From positions 1-64,000 of the forward strand of contig JAQBUT010000010.1 of assembly GCA_027623195.1 (NCBI GenBank): a stretch of DNA of 64,000 nucleotides, given 5' to 3'. The translations under genes and the position numbers were made by a program. The DNA comes from Chloroflexota bacterium (GTDB taxonomy: Bacteria; Chloroflexota; Dehalococcoidia; Lucifugimonadales; JADFKI01). Under the pieces are notes generated by a model. That model made no database searches. It was not told the DNA's origin and worked only from the letters and a program-made list of their open reading frames with translations. Of this stretch, positions 9,404 to 18,166 are shown piece after piece (the stretch's first letter is position 1; every line of letters begins with the position of its first letter).

Positions 9404-10402
9404 ATGAAAATAAACGTCAGAGGTTTGCTCGCAGCATCTGTTGGCCTGTTGATGCTGGCCTCAATAGCCTGCGGGGCCGGGGAATCCGACCAGGTCTCCG
9501 TAAAATTGGCTTTGGACTGGTATCCCAATTCCAATCACCTTGGCCTGTTCATAGCAGAGGAGAAGGGCTACTTTGCCGAGGAAAACCTGGTTGTGAATAT
9601 GTATACCCCTGTGGACCCGTCCACCGTGCTGCAAACGGTTGGGGCAGGCAGCGACGACTTTGGCATCAGTTACCAGCCAGAATTGCTGATGGCCCGGGCG
9701 CAGGGGGTGCCGGTAGTGTCCATTGCAGGAATGGTGCAACACCCGCTCAACTCAGTCGTTGCGCTGGCGTCCTCTGGCATAACGCGTCCCGCCGACCTCA
9801 AAGGCAAGAAGGTCGGCTACGCCGGCCTACCCACCGGCGAGTCGTTGCTAGATACCATGCTGAAGTATGACGGCCTGGTTGGACTCGGTGATGTGGAACT
9901 GGTGAACGTGGGATTTGACCTGGCGCCTGTTCTGATAAGTGGCACTGTGGACGCCGTGGTGGGGGCCTATTGGACTCACGAAACCATCCTACTGGAGAAC
10001 GCGGGTTACCCCGTTGTTGTCCTCAGGTTGGAGGAGTGGGGAGTGCCTGACTACTACGAGTTGGTAATGGTGGCCAGTGAGGATAAGCTAGCCCAGGACC
10101 CCCAGGTTGTCGAGCGGTTCCTCAGGGCGGTTCGCCGTGGGTATGCGGATGCCCTCGCCGATCCGCAAGCCGGAGTGGATGTTCTTCTGCGTAGCGCTCA
10201 AGGTGAGGAGGTGGACGTTGCCATCGAGAGGCCTGGCGCCGATCTTCTTAAGCCGGTCTGGAAGACATCCAAGGCCGACTTCGGCGAGCAGGACTCGTCC
10301 AGATGGCAGAGTTTCGCCGACTGGATGCACGACAACGGCCTGTTGGCGGAGGAGATGGACGCTTCCAAGGCCTTTACCAGTCAGTTTGAAGATTCAAAAT
10401 AG
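9404..10402 (+). CDS. thiY: ABC substrate-binding lipoprotein, NMT1/THI5 family (ThiY-like)
   Basis: LDWYPNSNH, GISYQP, PDYYELV; lipoprotein-type signal ending in SIAC. Confidence 0.87.
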   Translation: MKINVRGLLAASVGLLMLASIACGAGESDQVSVKLALDWYPNSNHLGLFIAEEKGYFAEENLVVNMYTPVDPSTVLQTVGAGSDDFGISYQPELLMARAQGVPVVSIAGMVQHPLNSVVALASSGITRPADLKGKKVGYAGLPTGESLLDTMLKYDGLVGLGDVELVNVGFDLAPVLISGTVDAVVGAYWTHETILLENAGYPVVVLRLEEWGVPDYYELVMVASEDKLAQDPQVVERFLRAVRRGYADALADPQAGVDVLLRSAQGEEVDVAIERPGADLLKPVWKTSKADFGEQDSSRWQSFADWMHDNGLLAEEMDASKAFTSQFEDSK

Positions 10403-10438
10403 CCACAAATACTTATGGAACTAGGCATGGCAAAGCGG

Positions 10439-10499
10439 TTCGACAGGCTCACCGCAAACGTCACAGGGAGACCCGTTTGCCCTGAGCTTGTCGAAGGGC
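10439..10499. repeat. REP-like family A full inverted pair
   Basis: TTCGACAGGCTCA..GCAAACG / CGTTTGC..TGAGCTTGTCGAA. Confidence 0.8.
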
Positions 10500-10568
10500 A
10501 GGCCGGAAAGCAACCTCAATTGCTGGCAGGTGCTGACCCCCAATAACGCTTTTCATTTGGGAGATAAC

Positions 10569-11231
10569 ATGTCTCTGACACAAGACCTCAGGTACAAATA
10601 CAGAAATCTTTGGGAGAGGGTGGTCACCCATCCGTTTATCGTGGAGTTGGGCGAAGACAGGCTGTCCACCGAGAGGTCTACCAGGTACTTTCTTCAGGAC
10701 TATGTGTTCGTGAACGACCTGGTAATGGCCACCGCCGTAGCCATGGCCAAGGCCCCGGATTTCGAAGCGGCGGATGTGCTTAACCAGTTCCTCAAGGGTA
10801 TCCTGAATCCAGAAAACGACCTGTTCGTGAGATTCTTCGAGCAGCTTGGCGCCTCAAAGGAGCAGTACTCATCGGCCAGCGCCTCCCCAACGACCCAAGC
10901 ATTGGGCGATTTCATGGTGCGCACGGCTATGGATGGCCGGTTCGAAGATATCATAACCATTCTTTATGTGACCGAGGGCACGTATCTGGACTGGGGTACT
11001 CGCTTCCTGGAAGCAGGCAAGAGTCCGTCGAATCCGGTCTACCGAGAGTGGATCGGACTGCACAGCCCAGACGTTTTGGGGGGCCTGGTAAACTGGATGG
11101 AGGGTCACATTGATTCCCTGAATGAGGGCGATAGACTAATGAATATCGACAGGTTATTTCACACGGCGCTGCGATACGAGTACCAGTTCTGGGAGTCGGC
11201 TTATCACGGAGAATCGTGGCCGGACGAATAG
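10569..11231 (+). CDS. tenA: TenA family protein, Cys-less TenA_E type
   Basis: HPF, YFLQDY, YREWI.LH, EYQFW; catalytic-Cys region reads VTEGTYLDW; ATG at 10569 has SD GGAG. Confidence 0.88.
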   Translation: MSLTQDLRYKYRNLWERVVTHPFIVELGEDRLSTERSTRYFLQDYVFVNDLVMATAVAMAKAPDFEAADVLNQFLKGILNPENDLFVRFFEQLGASKEQYSSASASPTTQALGDFMVRTAMDGRFEDIITILYVTEGTYLDWGTRFLEAGKSPSNPVYREWIGLHSPDVLGGLVNWMEGHIDSLNEGDRLMNIDRLFHTALRYEYQFWESAYHGESWPDE

Positions 11232-11260
11232 GCCGGGATTGGCGAGGTCAGACGAGAAAA

Positions 11261-11428
11261 ATGAACAACCATCACATAACCAAAGGCGAGAAGCGGGAGT
11301 CTAAACGAAGGAAGCGCCGCAAAATGGCTGTCTCCGGAACTGGCGTACGCAATTTGCAAAACATCCTCCGAAAGCGATCGGAGAAGATTCGTAAGCAAGA
11401 GGAAGAAGAAAAGCGGACTTCGGATTAG
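11261..11428 (+). CDS. Small highly basic hypothetical protein (55 aa)
   Basis: Fills the tenA-thiD gap on the same strand; K/R-rich helical sequence. Confidence 0.55.
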   Translation: MNNHHITKGEKRESKRRKRRKMAVSGTGVRNLQNILRKRSEKIRKQEEEEKRTSD

Positions 11429-11536
11429 GCAGGTCGCCTCTGTTTGTCGCCGGCTGGGAGACCATGTGTATGGCGTTTAGTGGTATCCTTTTTAGCGTTC
11501 ATGCCCACCCCCAAAACAGTCCCCGAGAGTAATGAG

Positions 11537-12337
11537 ATGACCAGAATACCCACGGTAATGACAATAGCCGGGTCGGACTCCGGAGCCGGGGCCGGCATTC
11601 AGGCCGACCTAAAGACATTTGCGGCTCATGGCGTTTACGGGACATCCGCCATCACGGCAATCACCGCGCAGAACACCACCGGCGTCACCGAGGTATTCGA
11701 ACTGCCCACGAGCCTTATCGCCAGCCAGATCGACGCCATCGTCACCGACATAGGAGCCGACGTGGTGAAGATTGGAATGCTTTCCAGTTCAGACATCATT
11801 CGCGTGGTAGCCGAGAAGATCAAAGAGCACAACCTTACCAACGTCGTAGTGGACCCCGTCATGATAGCCAAGGGCGGCGACAGGTTGCTTCAGGAAGAGG
11901 CCGTGGACGCCATGCGCCGAATCCTGCTGCGCATGGCGTTCGTCATTACGCCCAACGCACCCGAGGCAGCCGTCCTGGTCAACCGCCCGGTGGAAAACCT
12001 GGACGACGCAAGGTGGGCCGCCAAAGAACTGGTCATCATGGGAGCCAAGGCAGCCGTGGTAAAAGGCGGCCACCTGGACGGTCCCCCTACGGACATCCTG
12101 TACGACGGCAACGAGTTCCGGGCGTTTACGGCCCAGCGAATCGAGAGCACCAGCACCCACGGCACCGGATGCACCTTCGCTTCGGCCATAGCCGCTAATC
12201 TGGCCAAAGGCTTGCCCCTCCGGGAGGCAGTACCAGCGGCAAAGCGTTACATCACTAACGCCATACGGAACGCCGCAGCGGTTGGTCACGGTCACGGGCC
12301 GCTCAACCACTTCTACATGCTCAAAGACGAAGTCTAG
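11537..12337 (+). CDS. thiD: Hydroxymethylpyrimidine/phosphomethylpyrimidine kinase
   Basis: TIAGSDSGAGAGIQADLKT, VDPVM, KGGH, THGTGCT, GHGPLNH. Confidence 0.95.
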   Translation: MTRIPTVMTIAGSDSGAGAGIQADLKTFAAHGVYGTSAITAITAQNTTGVTEVFELPTSLIASQIDAIVTDIGADVVKIGMLSSSDIIRVVAEKIKEHNLTNVVVDPVMIAKGGDRLLQEEAVDAMRRILLRMAFVITPNAPEAAVLVNRPVENLDDARWAAKELVIMGAKAAVVKGGHLDGPPTDILYDGNEFRAFTAQRIESTSTHGTGCTFASAIAANLAKGLPLREAVPAAKRYITNAIRNAAAVGHGHGPLNHFYMLKDEV

Positions 12338-12385
12338 TCTCACTTTAGCCCTTCAAATATCCTCAATTAACTTAGGGAGCTTAGA

Positions 12386-13342
12386 TTGGCAATATTTCTC
12401 ACGGAAAAAGACGTTAACGAAATCCTGACTATGGACATGGCTCTGGAAACCGTGGAAGAGAGCTTCAGGCTACTGGCGGAAGGCACTGCCACCAACAGTC
12501 CTCGCTCGCGGTTGCGCCTTCCCACCGGCGTTTTGAACTTCATGGCAGGCGCGGCTCCGGGAGTTGGCGTCATGGGCTTCAAGTCTTATGGCGTGGCACG
12601 AGGCTACCCGGTCAAATTCTACCTGCAGCTTTCCAGCACTGAAACGGGCGAGCTTCTCTCAGTAATGGAGGCGTCGGACCTGGGGCAGATTCGCACCGGA
12701 GCAGCCAGCGGCGTCGCCACCAGGTACATGGCTCGTGAAGATGCGTCCAGCGTGGGCGTTATAGGGTCAGGCTACCAGGCGCGAACGCAGCTTGAGGCGG
12801 TATGCAAAGTCAGGGACATTAAATATGCTCGTGTTTTTAGCCGTAAGCCGGAAAATCGGGAAAAATTTGCAACAGACATGAGTGCGTCGCTGGGAATCGA
12901 CGTTTCTGCCGTGGAGTCGGGCGAGGCCTGCGTAAAGGATGCCGATGTTGTAATAACCATGACCAGCACTTCGCGTCCCGTTCTGGAAGGCGAGTGGCTT
13001 TCGCCAGGAACCCACATCAACGCCGCCGGGGCTAACCACTGGATGCGTAGAGAGTTGGACGCTGAAGCAGTTCGTCGCTCGGATGTTGTTGTCACTGACG
13101 ACATAGAACAGGCCAAACTGGAGTGCGGTGATCTGATCTATCCGATAGAATTCGGCACGATTCGCTGGGAGCAGATCCACAATCTGTCGGACGTAATTGC
13201 GGGACGGGCCAAGGGTCGAAACACGGATGAAGAGATTACCTTGTTTGAGTCGCAAGGGCTAGCGCTTGAGGACCTTACCACCGGGATGCGGGTGTATAAC
13301 ATCGCCAAGGAGCGCGGCATGGGCCAAGAGCTGCCTTTTTGA
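12386..13342 (+). CDS. Ornithine cyclodeaminase / mu-crystallin family protein
   Basis: RTGAASGVAT, GSGYQA, HINAAGAN, FESQGLALED. Confidence 0.9.
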   Translation: MAIFLTEKDVNEILTMDMALETVEESFRLLAEGTATNSPRSRLRLPTGVLNFMAGAAPGVGVMGFKSYGVARGYPVKFYLQLSSTETGELLSVMEASDLGQIRTGAASGVATRYMAREDASSVGVIGSGYQARTQLEAVCKVRDIKYARVFSRKPENREKFATDMSASLGIDVSAVESGEACVKDADVVITMTSTSRPVLEGEWLSPGTHINAAGANHWMRRELDAEAVRRSDVVVTDDIEQAKLECGDLIYPIEFGTIRWEQIHNLSDVIAGRAKGRNTDEEITLFESQGLALEDLTTGMRVYNIAKERGMGQELPF

Positions 13343-13441
13343 TTTCTAATGTGTGTTGCGTACCAGCATAGATTCAGAAAGTCGGTGTTGGGCGAACCCC
13401 AACGGCTAAAAAAGGCTTTGCTTTAGCCTCCAACCCGAACC

Positions 13442-14767
13442 CTACAGCTTCAACACACCCACTCCCTTTTCCACCTTGATGGCCGTGCCAAAGGGCTTGG
13501 ACAGACGCTGCATGCGCTCCAGAACCTTTTTGGCAATGTCGGGCCCCGCCAGCATAGGTCGACCTCGCTGGCCACGGGGCTTGCCGTAGCCCAGGTCGAT
13601 TGGATGCAACGTTATCTGGTGCATGCGCCGTTTGCGAAACTCGCATTTGATGACGACGCTCTCCCAGTAAATCGAGTCGCCTGGAAACCCAATGGAGTCT
13701 AGCTCGCTACGGGCGTCATAGAAGTCGGCTGGCGTGGCCTCGGTATTCAGCTTCATAAGTTCATAGTTGAAAGACGGTTGCCAGCGCACCGTGTCGTTCT
13801 GGAAAATGAAGTTGCCCAGGCTGTAGAAGATGGGCTTGTCTTTGTAAATCTCGATTCCCCTGGTAACGTGCGGACCGTGCCCGATAAAAACGTCTGCGCC
13901 TTCATCGATGCATTTTTTGGCGAAGTCGACCAGGAACTCCGGCGGACGGTCCCTGTTGTCGGCGCTTTCGTGGCAGTGCACGGAAACTACCACCCAATCG
14001 GACATGCGTCGGGCGTCCCTAACCCACTTTAGATTGCCTTCCAAGTCCCTGGCATTCAGCCGGGTGGTGATGCCAAACCCCTCGCCAAGCATGAACTTCT
14101 TGCCCATGAACCGGAACTCGGTATCGGTGTCGTCCGGCACCATCCCTTTGGGTCTAAACCGACGTTGTGCGTCCTTTTGGGCTTCGAGGCCAAGCCCTGA
14201 AGATATGCGGTGTAACTCGTTAAAGGCCGGGCGGTCCACCGTATGCGTCTCACTGAACCTTAGTGGGTTGAGACCCGGACGACCTTTGATGTCGGGCCGC
14301 TGGTCGAGGGCGCGCCCCGATTCGGAGAACGTCGAGGATGCGGAAACAAGTCCGACCCGCCCCTGGGGCGTGTCCAGGTATCCTGGTGCGCGGGCCTCGC
14401 TCAGGTTGCGGCCGGTGCCCGAATATACGAGTTTGGAGCCTCGCAAGTGGCGCAGGTTGGTTAATACGCCGCCCTCGCCGTAGTCGTAACTGTGGTTGTT
14501 GGCGCAGGAGACCAGGTTAATGCCGAGCCACTCAAGTTCCCGCAAGTTCTTGGGGTCTGAGCCAGTGAAGGTACCGCCCGCGGCCCCAGGGGAGTGCTCG
14601 AACTCATGCATGAGCATCTCGAGATTCGTGAAGCGCACGTCGGCATCCTGGAAAAGGCTTTTAAGTCCTAGAAAAGCTTCCTCTTGAAAGACGGATAGCT
14701 TGCGGGTGATCATAGTGTCACCGCCGGCAACCAGCGTGAAATCGCCGGATTCCGCGTCGTAAAGCAT
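13442..14767 (-). CDS. CapA (PGA_cap) family metallophosphatase
   Basis: GD, NLE, ANNHSYDYG, HCHE, GHGPH, YSLGNF motifs. Confidence 0.88.
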   Translation of the reverse strand: MLYDAESGDFTLVAGGDTMITRKLSVFQEEAFLGLKSLFQDADVRFTNLEMLMHEFEHSPGAAGGTFTGSDPKNLRELEWLGINLVSCANNHSYDYGEGGVLTNLRHLRGSKLVYSGTGRNLSEARAPGYLDTPQGRVGLVSASSTFSESGRALDQRPDIKGRPGLNPLRFSETHTVDRPAFNELHRISSGLGLEAQKDAQRRFRPKGMVPDDTDTEFRFMGKKFMLGEGFGITTRLNARDLEGNLKWVRDARRMSDWVVVSVHCHESADNRDRPPEFLVDFAKKCIDEGADVFIGHGPHVTRGIEIYKDKPIFYSLGNFIFQNDTVRWQPSFNYELMKLNTEATPADFYDARSELDSIGFPGDSIYWESVVIKCEFRKRRMHQITLHPIDLGYGKPRGQRGRPMLAGPDIAKKVLERMQRLSKPFGTAIKVEKGVGVLKL

Positions 14768-14794
14768 TTGGTTCCTCCAGCTAAAGGGGCAAGA

Positions 14795-14830
14795 AATAGG
14801 GGCTGCCCGAACTTCGAGCGCCCCTATTTA
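14795..14830 (-). terminator. Hairpin between the GNAT and capA-like genes
   Basis: AATAGGGGC...GCCCCTATT inverted repeat flanked by A/T runs. Confidence 0.55.
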
Positions 14831-14883
14831 CACGATGTGCATTTTGCGCCAGGTGAAGCAGGTCACGCGGCGGCTTTTATCGA

Positions 14884-15471
14884 TTATACATTATGTGCTT
14901 GGGTGCCCAAATCCTCCGCTCGTTGCGTGTACTCGGAGCCCAGAATGCCCATGATCACCGAGTCGAAGCGGGCGCCTTCATGCGGGCGGCTCTTGCGCAG
15001 CGTGCCCTCGTGCACGAAGCCCAGGCGGTCGAACATGTGCCGCGCTGCCTCGTTGTATTCGGGTATGTCTACCCAAATTCGATACAAGCCGTACTCGTTG
15101 AATGCCAACTCCAGGGAGGCATTCGTGGCAGCCGTGCCGTAGCCCTGATGCCACAGGTCCTTTCGGCCAATGAGGAGGGAGAGTTGGCCATCCGCGAGGG
15201 ACTCTTCGATGGCGATGTGTATTTCGCCTATGTGCTCATTACTCTGGTTGTAAATGGACATGATGCGGTGCTCGGGGTTGTCGAAAACCCTTTGCCATTC
15301 GGCGTCAGAGGCCTTCTCCATCTCTTCCGGGTGATATCCCAGATGCGCTGGGTCACCGTAGGCATAGCGCCCGAACCAACTCTCGGATATCTCGGTATCC
15401 TTTAGCCACTGATTTATGCGGGATACGTCTTCCCTGGTGATCACCTTAAGAATTACATTTTGCTGGGGCAT
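14884..15471 (-). CDS. GNAT N-acetyltransferase (RimJ/RimL-like)
   Basis: W.QGYGT, N..A..MF.RLGF.HEG.LR motifs; SD AGGAG. Confidence 0.85.
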   Translation of the reverse strand: MPQQNVILKVITREDVSRINQWLKDTEISESWFGRYAYGDPAHLGYHPEEMEKASDAEWQRVFDNPEHRIMSIYNQSNEHIGEIHIAIEESLADGQLSLLIGRKDLWHQGYGTAATNASLELAFNEYGLYRIWVDIPEYNEAARHMFDRLGFVHEGTLRKSRPHEGARFDSVIMGILGSEYTQRAEDLGTQAHNV

Positions 15472-15546
15472 CGTCGATCTCCTTTTTCATTGGGCCTCAA
15501 TTTGGGGCTCAATACAGGGCGATTAGCCGGAAATAAAATCCCAACC

Positions 15547-15720
15547 TCTAAACGACCAGCCGAATATACCCGTGCTCACGGGGCAGGCGTAAAAATTACG
15601 CCAATATTACCAAAGGCGTGATTCCCATTACAATAGAAGTACGATTCTGGTGATATTGGCCCGTAGTCCAGGTGCGTTTTCATACCCTATACAACGGGAA
15701 TTCACGCCTATAAGTTTAGA
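15547..15720 (-). ncRNA. Candidate structured cis-regulatory RNA in the GNAT gene leader
   Basis: Two interleaved 13-bp inverted repeats plus closing and internal hairpins (see findings). Confidence 0.45.
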
Positions 15721-15737
15721 CCTTTCCTGTAATATTA

Positions 15738-15767
15738 ATCATAAATGGCAGCAGACAGCCGTTACAA
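15738..15767 (-). promoter_or_regulatory. Putative sigma70 promoter giving a ~260-nt leader to the GNAT gene
   Basis: TTGTAA-18 nt-TATGAT on the minus strand. Confidence 0.45.
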
Positions 15768-15782
15768 TGGAGGGCAAAAGCT

Positions 15783-16574
15783 ATGGAACTTGGATTGAGG
15801 GGAAAGGTCGCTATCGTCGGCGGAGGTAGCAAGGGCTTGGGCCGGGCGTGCGCGATAGGCTTGGCGAACGAGGGCACGCGCGTGGCCATTTGCAGCCGCA
15901 ACGCGGAGGCGCTGCAGCAGGCGGCACGGGAGATTAGCCAGGAGACGGGCAGCGAAGTGTTGCCTGTGGCGGGAGACCTGTCCAGCTACGATGACGTGAA
16001 GTCGCTGGTAGCCCAAACCGTCGAACACTTTGGCAGTCTAGACATACTGGTTAATAACTCTGGCGGACCACCTGCCGCCAGCGCTCAGGACGCCACTGAG
16101 GAGCAGTGGGAGCAGGCCATTCAGCTATCTCTAATGTTCTTCGCCCGCATGAGCCGCGAGGCACTGCCTCATATGCGGCGTTCAGGCGGCGGCCGCATCA
16201 TTAACATTTTCGCCAGCTCAGTAAAGCAACCCATCGAGAACCTGATGCTTTCCGCCGCCACGCGACTGGGAGCGCTGGGGTTTGCCAAGACCCTAGCCGA
16301 CGAGGTCGCCAAAGACGGCATACTGGTGAACAATGTGGCCCCTGGTTACCTGGAGACTGCCCGAATGATGGAGGTGGTGGAGAGCAGGGCTCAGTCCACC
16401 GGCATTACGCACGAGCAGGCCCTGGCAGGACTGAACAAGATGATTCCCATGGGTCGCATCGGCCGCCCTGAGGAGCTGGCTAACCTGGTTGTTTTCCTGG
16501 CATCCGACGCCGCGAGTTACATCACCGGCACCACAATTCAGGTGGACGGTGGTGTCATTCGGTCCATGCTGTAG
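15783..16574 (+). CDS. SDR family oxidoreductase
   Basis: GGSKGLG, NNSGGP, S...R active-site variant, VDGG. Confidence 0.9.
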   Translation: MELGLRGKVAIVGGGSKGLGRACAIGLANEGTRVAICSRNAEALQQAAREISQETGSEVLPVAGDLSSYDDVKSLVAQTVEHFGSLDILVNNSGGPPAASAQDATEEQWEQAIQLSLMFFARMSREALPHMRRSGGGRIINIFASSVKQPIENLMLSAATRLGALGFAKTLADEVAKDGILVNNVAPGYLETARMMEVVESRAQSTGITHEQALAGLNKMIPMGRIGRPEELANLVVFLASDAASYITGTTIQVDGGVIRSML

Positions 16575-16611
16575 CCATGTTTTGTAACAAGAGTTGTTTT
16601 TAGACCTGCGT

Positions 16612-16677
16612 TTCGACAAGCTCTCCACGAACGTAACGTAAGGATTAAGATCCGTTCGTCCTGAGCCAGTCGGAGGA
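16612..16677. repeat. REP-like family A inverted pair (degenerate)
   Basis: TTCGACAAGCTC..ACGAACG / CGTTCGTCCTGAGCCAGTCGGAGG. Confidence 0.7.
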
Positions 16678-16822
16678 TAGGCCCAAAAATGACTCGCGGT
16701 GCTCAGCGCTGTGCCCTCCCAGGTGCCGTGAACCGACGTGTACCCCAGAACCCACTGTGGTAAATTGAGGTCAGCCAACGAACCTGCCCTTTCTTATTGC
16801 GTTAGGACAAACACGGCGGAGT

Positions 16823-18010
16823 ATGCAAAATATGTCAGTCCAGACCGTAATCGCCCAGGCTCAGGAGTACATGGCCGACCACGACCTATCCGGCTGGCTG
16901 CTGTACGACTACAGAGGCATGAACCCGATTTTCTGGGACACCGTGGGGCCTATTGCCAACGTAACGCGCCCCTGCTGGCTATGGATTCCCGCCAGCGGAA
17001 CGTCGCAGCTCCTGGTGGCGTACGTCGATCAGGGACGATTCGTGCATCTGGGACTGGACACTATGCTGTTCGCGGGTCGGGAAGACATGACGGTCAAGCT
17101 AACCGGCATGCTTTCTGGGGGCCTGCGCATCGCCATGGAGTACTCGCCCAATGGTCTGCTGCCCAGGGTGTCGAAGGTAGACGCCGGCACGCTGGAGTTC
17201 GTGCGCGGGCTGGGTGTGGAGGTCGTCTCCTCGGCAGACCTGCTGCAGTACGCCACCCAACGCTGGGACGACACGCAGCTTCAGTCTCACCAGGTGGCGG
17301 CGGATAAGCTCAGCGCCATCGTCATGGAGGCATTCAAGCGCATTGGGGATACGCTGGAATCCGGGCCGACGGAACACGACATCGCTCAGTTTATACGAGA
17401 CCGCTTCGTGGAAGAGGGCCTTGAGGTTACGGACGGTCCGGTGGTGGCTGCCAACGCTCATGCTGCAGACCCACACTTCGAGCCCACTGGGGAAAACTGC
17501 TCAGTGATAAAGCCCGGCGACTGGGTGCTAATCGACCTGTGGGCTCGCCAGCCTTACCAGGACGCCATGTTCGGCGACATCACCTGGACGGCTTACGTCG
17601 GCGACCGGGTGCCCGAACGGCATCAGCAGGTCTTCGACGCTGTGATAGGCGGTCGTGATGCGGCGGTGCGTGTGCTGGAAGACGCCTTCCGACAGGGGCG
17701 CGAGATACAGGGTTGGGAGCTGGACAAGGCTGCCAGGGATTTCATATCCGACCTTGGTTTCGGTGACTACTTCAACCACCGACTGGGACACAGCCTTGGC
17801 AGAGAGGTCCACAGCAACGCCGTGAACCTGGACAGTTGGGAGACCTACGACACTCGCATTCTAATGCCGGGGATCGCCGTCACCATCGAGCCGGGCATCT
17901 ACCTGCCAGGCGAGTTCGGTGTGCGCTCCGAGATAGACATATTCATAGCCGAGGACGGGCCGCGCATCACCACCGCTGTGCAGCGCGAAGTGGTTCTGAT
18001 ACAGGGATAG
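16823..18010 (+). CDS. Xaa-Pro aminopeptidase, M24 family
   Basis: DLW, DITW, HRLGHSLG, TIEPGIY, GVRSE metal ligands. Confidence 0.9.
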   Translation: MQNMSVQTVIAQAQEYMADHDLSGWLLYDYRGMNPIFWDTVGPIANVTRPCWLWIPASGTSQLLVAYVDQGRFVHLGLDTMLFAGREDMTVKLTGMLSGGLRIAMEYSPNGLLPRVSKVDAGTLEFVRGLGVEVVSSADLLQYATQRWDDTQLQSHQVAADKLSAIVMEAFKRIGDTLESGPTEHDIAQFIRDRFVEEGLEVTDGPVVAANAHAADPHFEPTGENCSVIKPGDWVLIDLWARQPYQDAMFGDITWTAYVGDRVPERHQQVFDAVIGGRDAAVRVLEDAFRQGREIQGWELDKAARDFISDLGFGDYFNHRLGHSLGREVHSNAVNLDSWETYDTRILMPGIAVTIEPGIYLPGEFGVRSEIDIFIAEDGPRITTAVQREVVLIQG

Positions 18011-18057
18011 CGTCAGTAATAACAAACTGAGATACCATCGCCACTGAGGCCCAGGTG

Positions 18058-18080
18058 TTCGACAGGTTCACCACAAACGT
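18058..18080. repeat. REP-like family A half copy
   Basis: TTCGACAGGTTCACCACAAACGT is nearly identical to the 5' arm at 10439. Confidence 0.65.
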
Positions 18081-18166
18081 GATCATAGCAGCCACACTCC
18101 CGTTTTTTCCTGCTCTGAACCAAGAGCGGGCCTTTCTTTTCAGCGGCCTGCCATCAGCCCGAGAGC

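Noticed and set aside
10488..10568. N-terminal extension of TenA (MSKGRP...)
   Set aside because: Begins inside a REP-like repeat; the real start at 10569 has an SD
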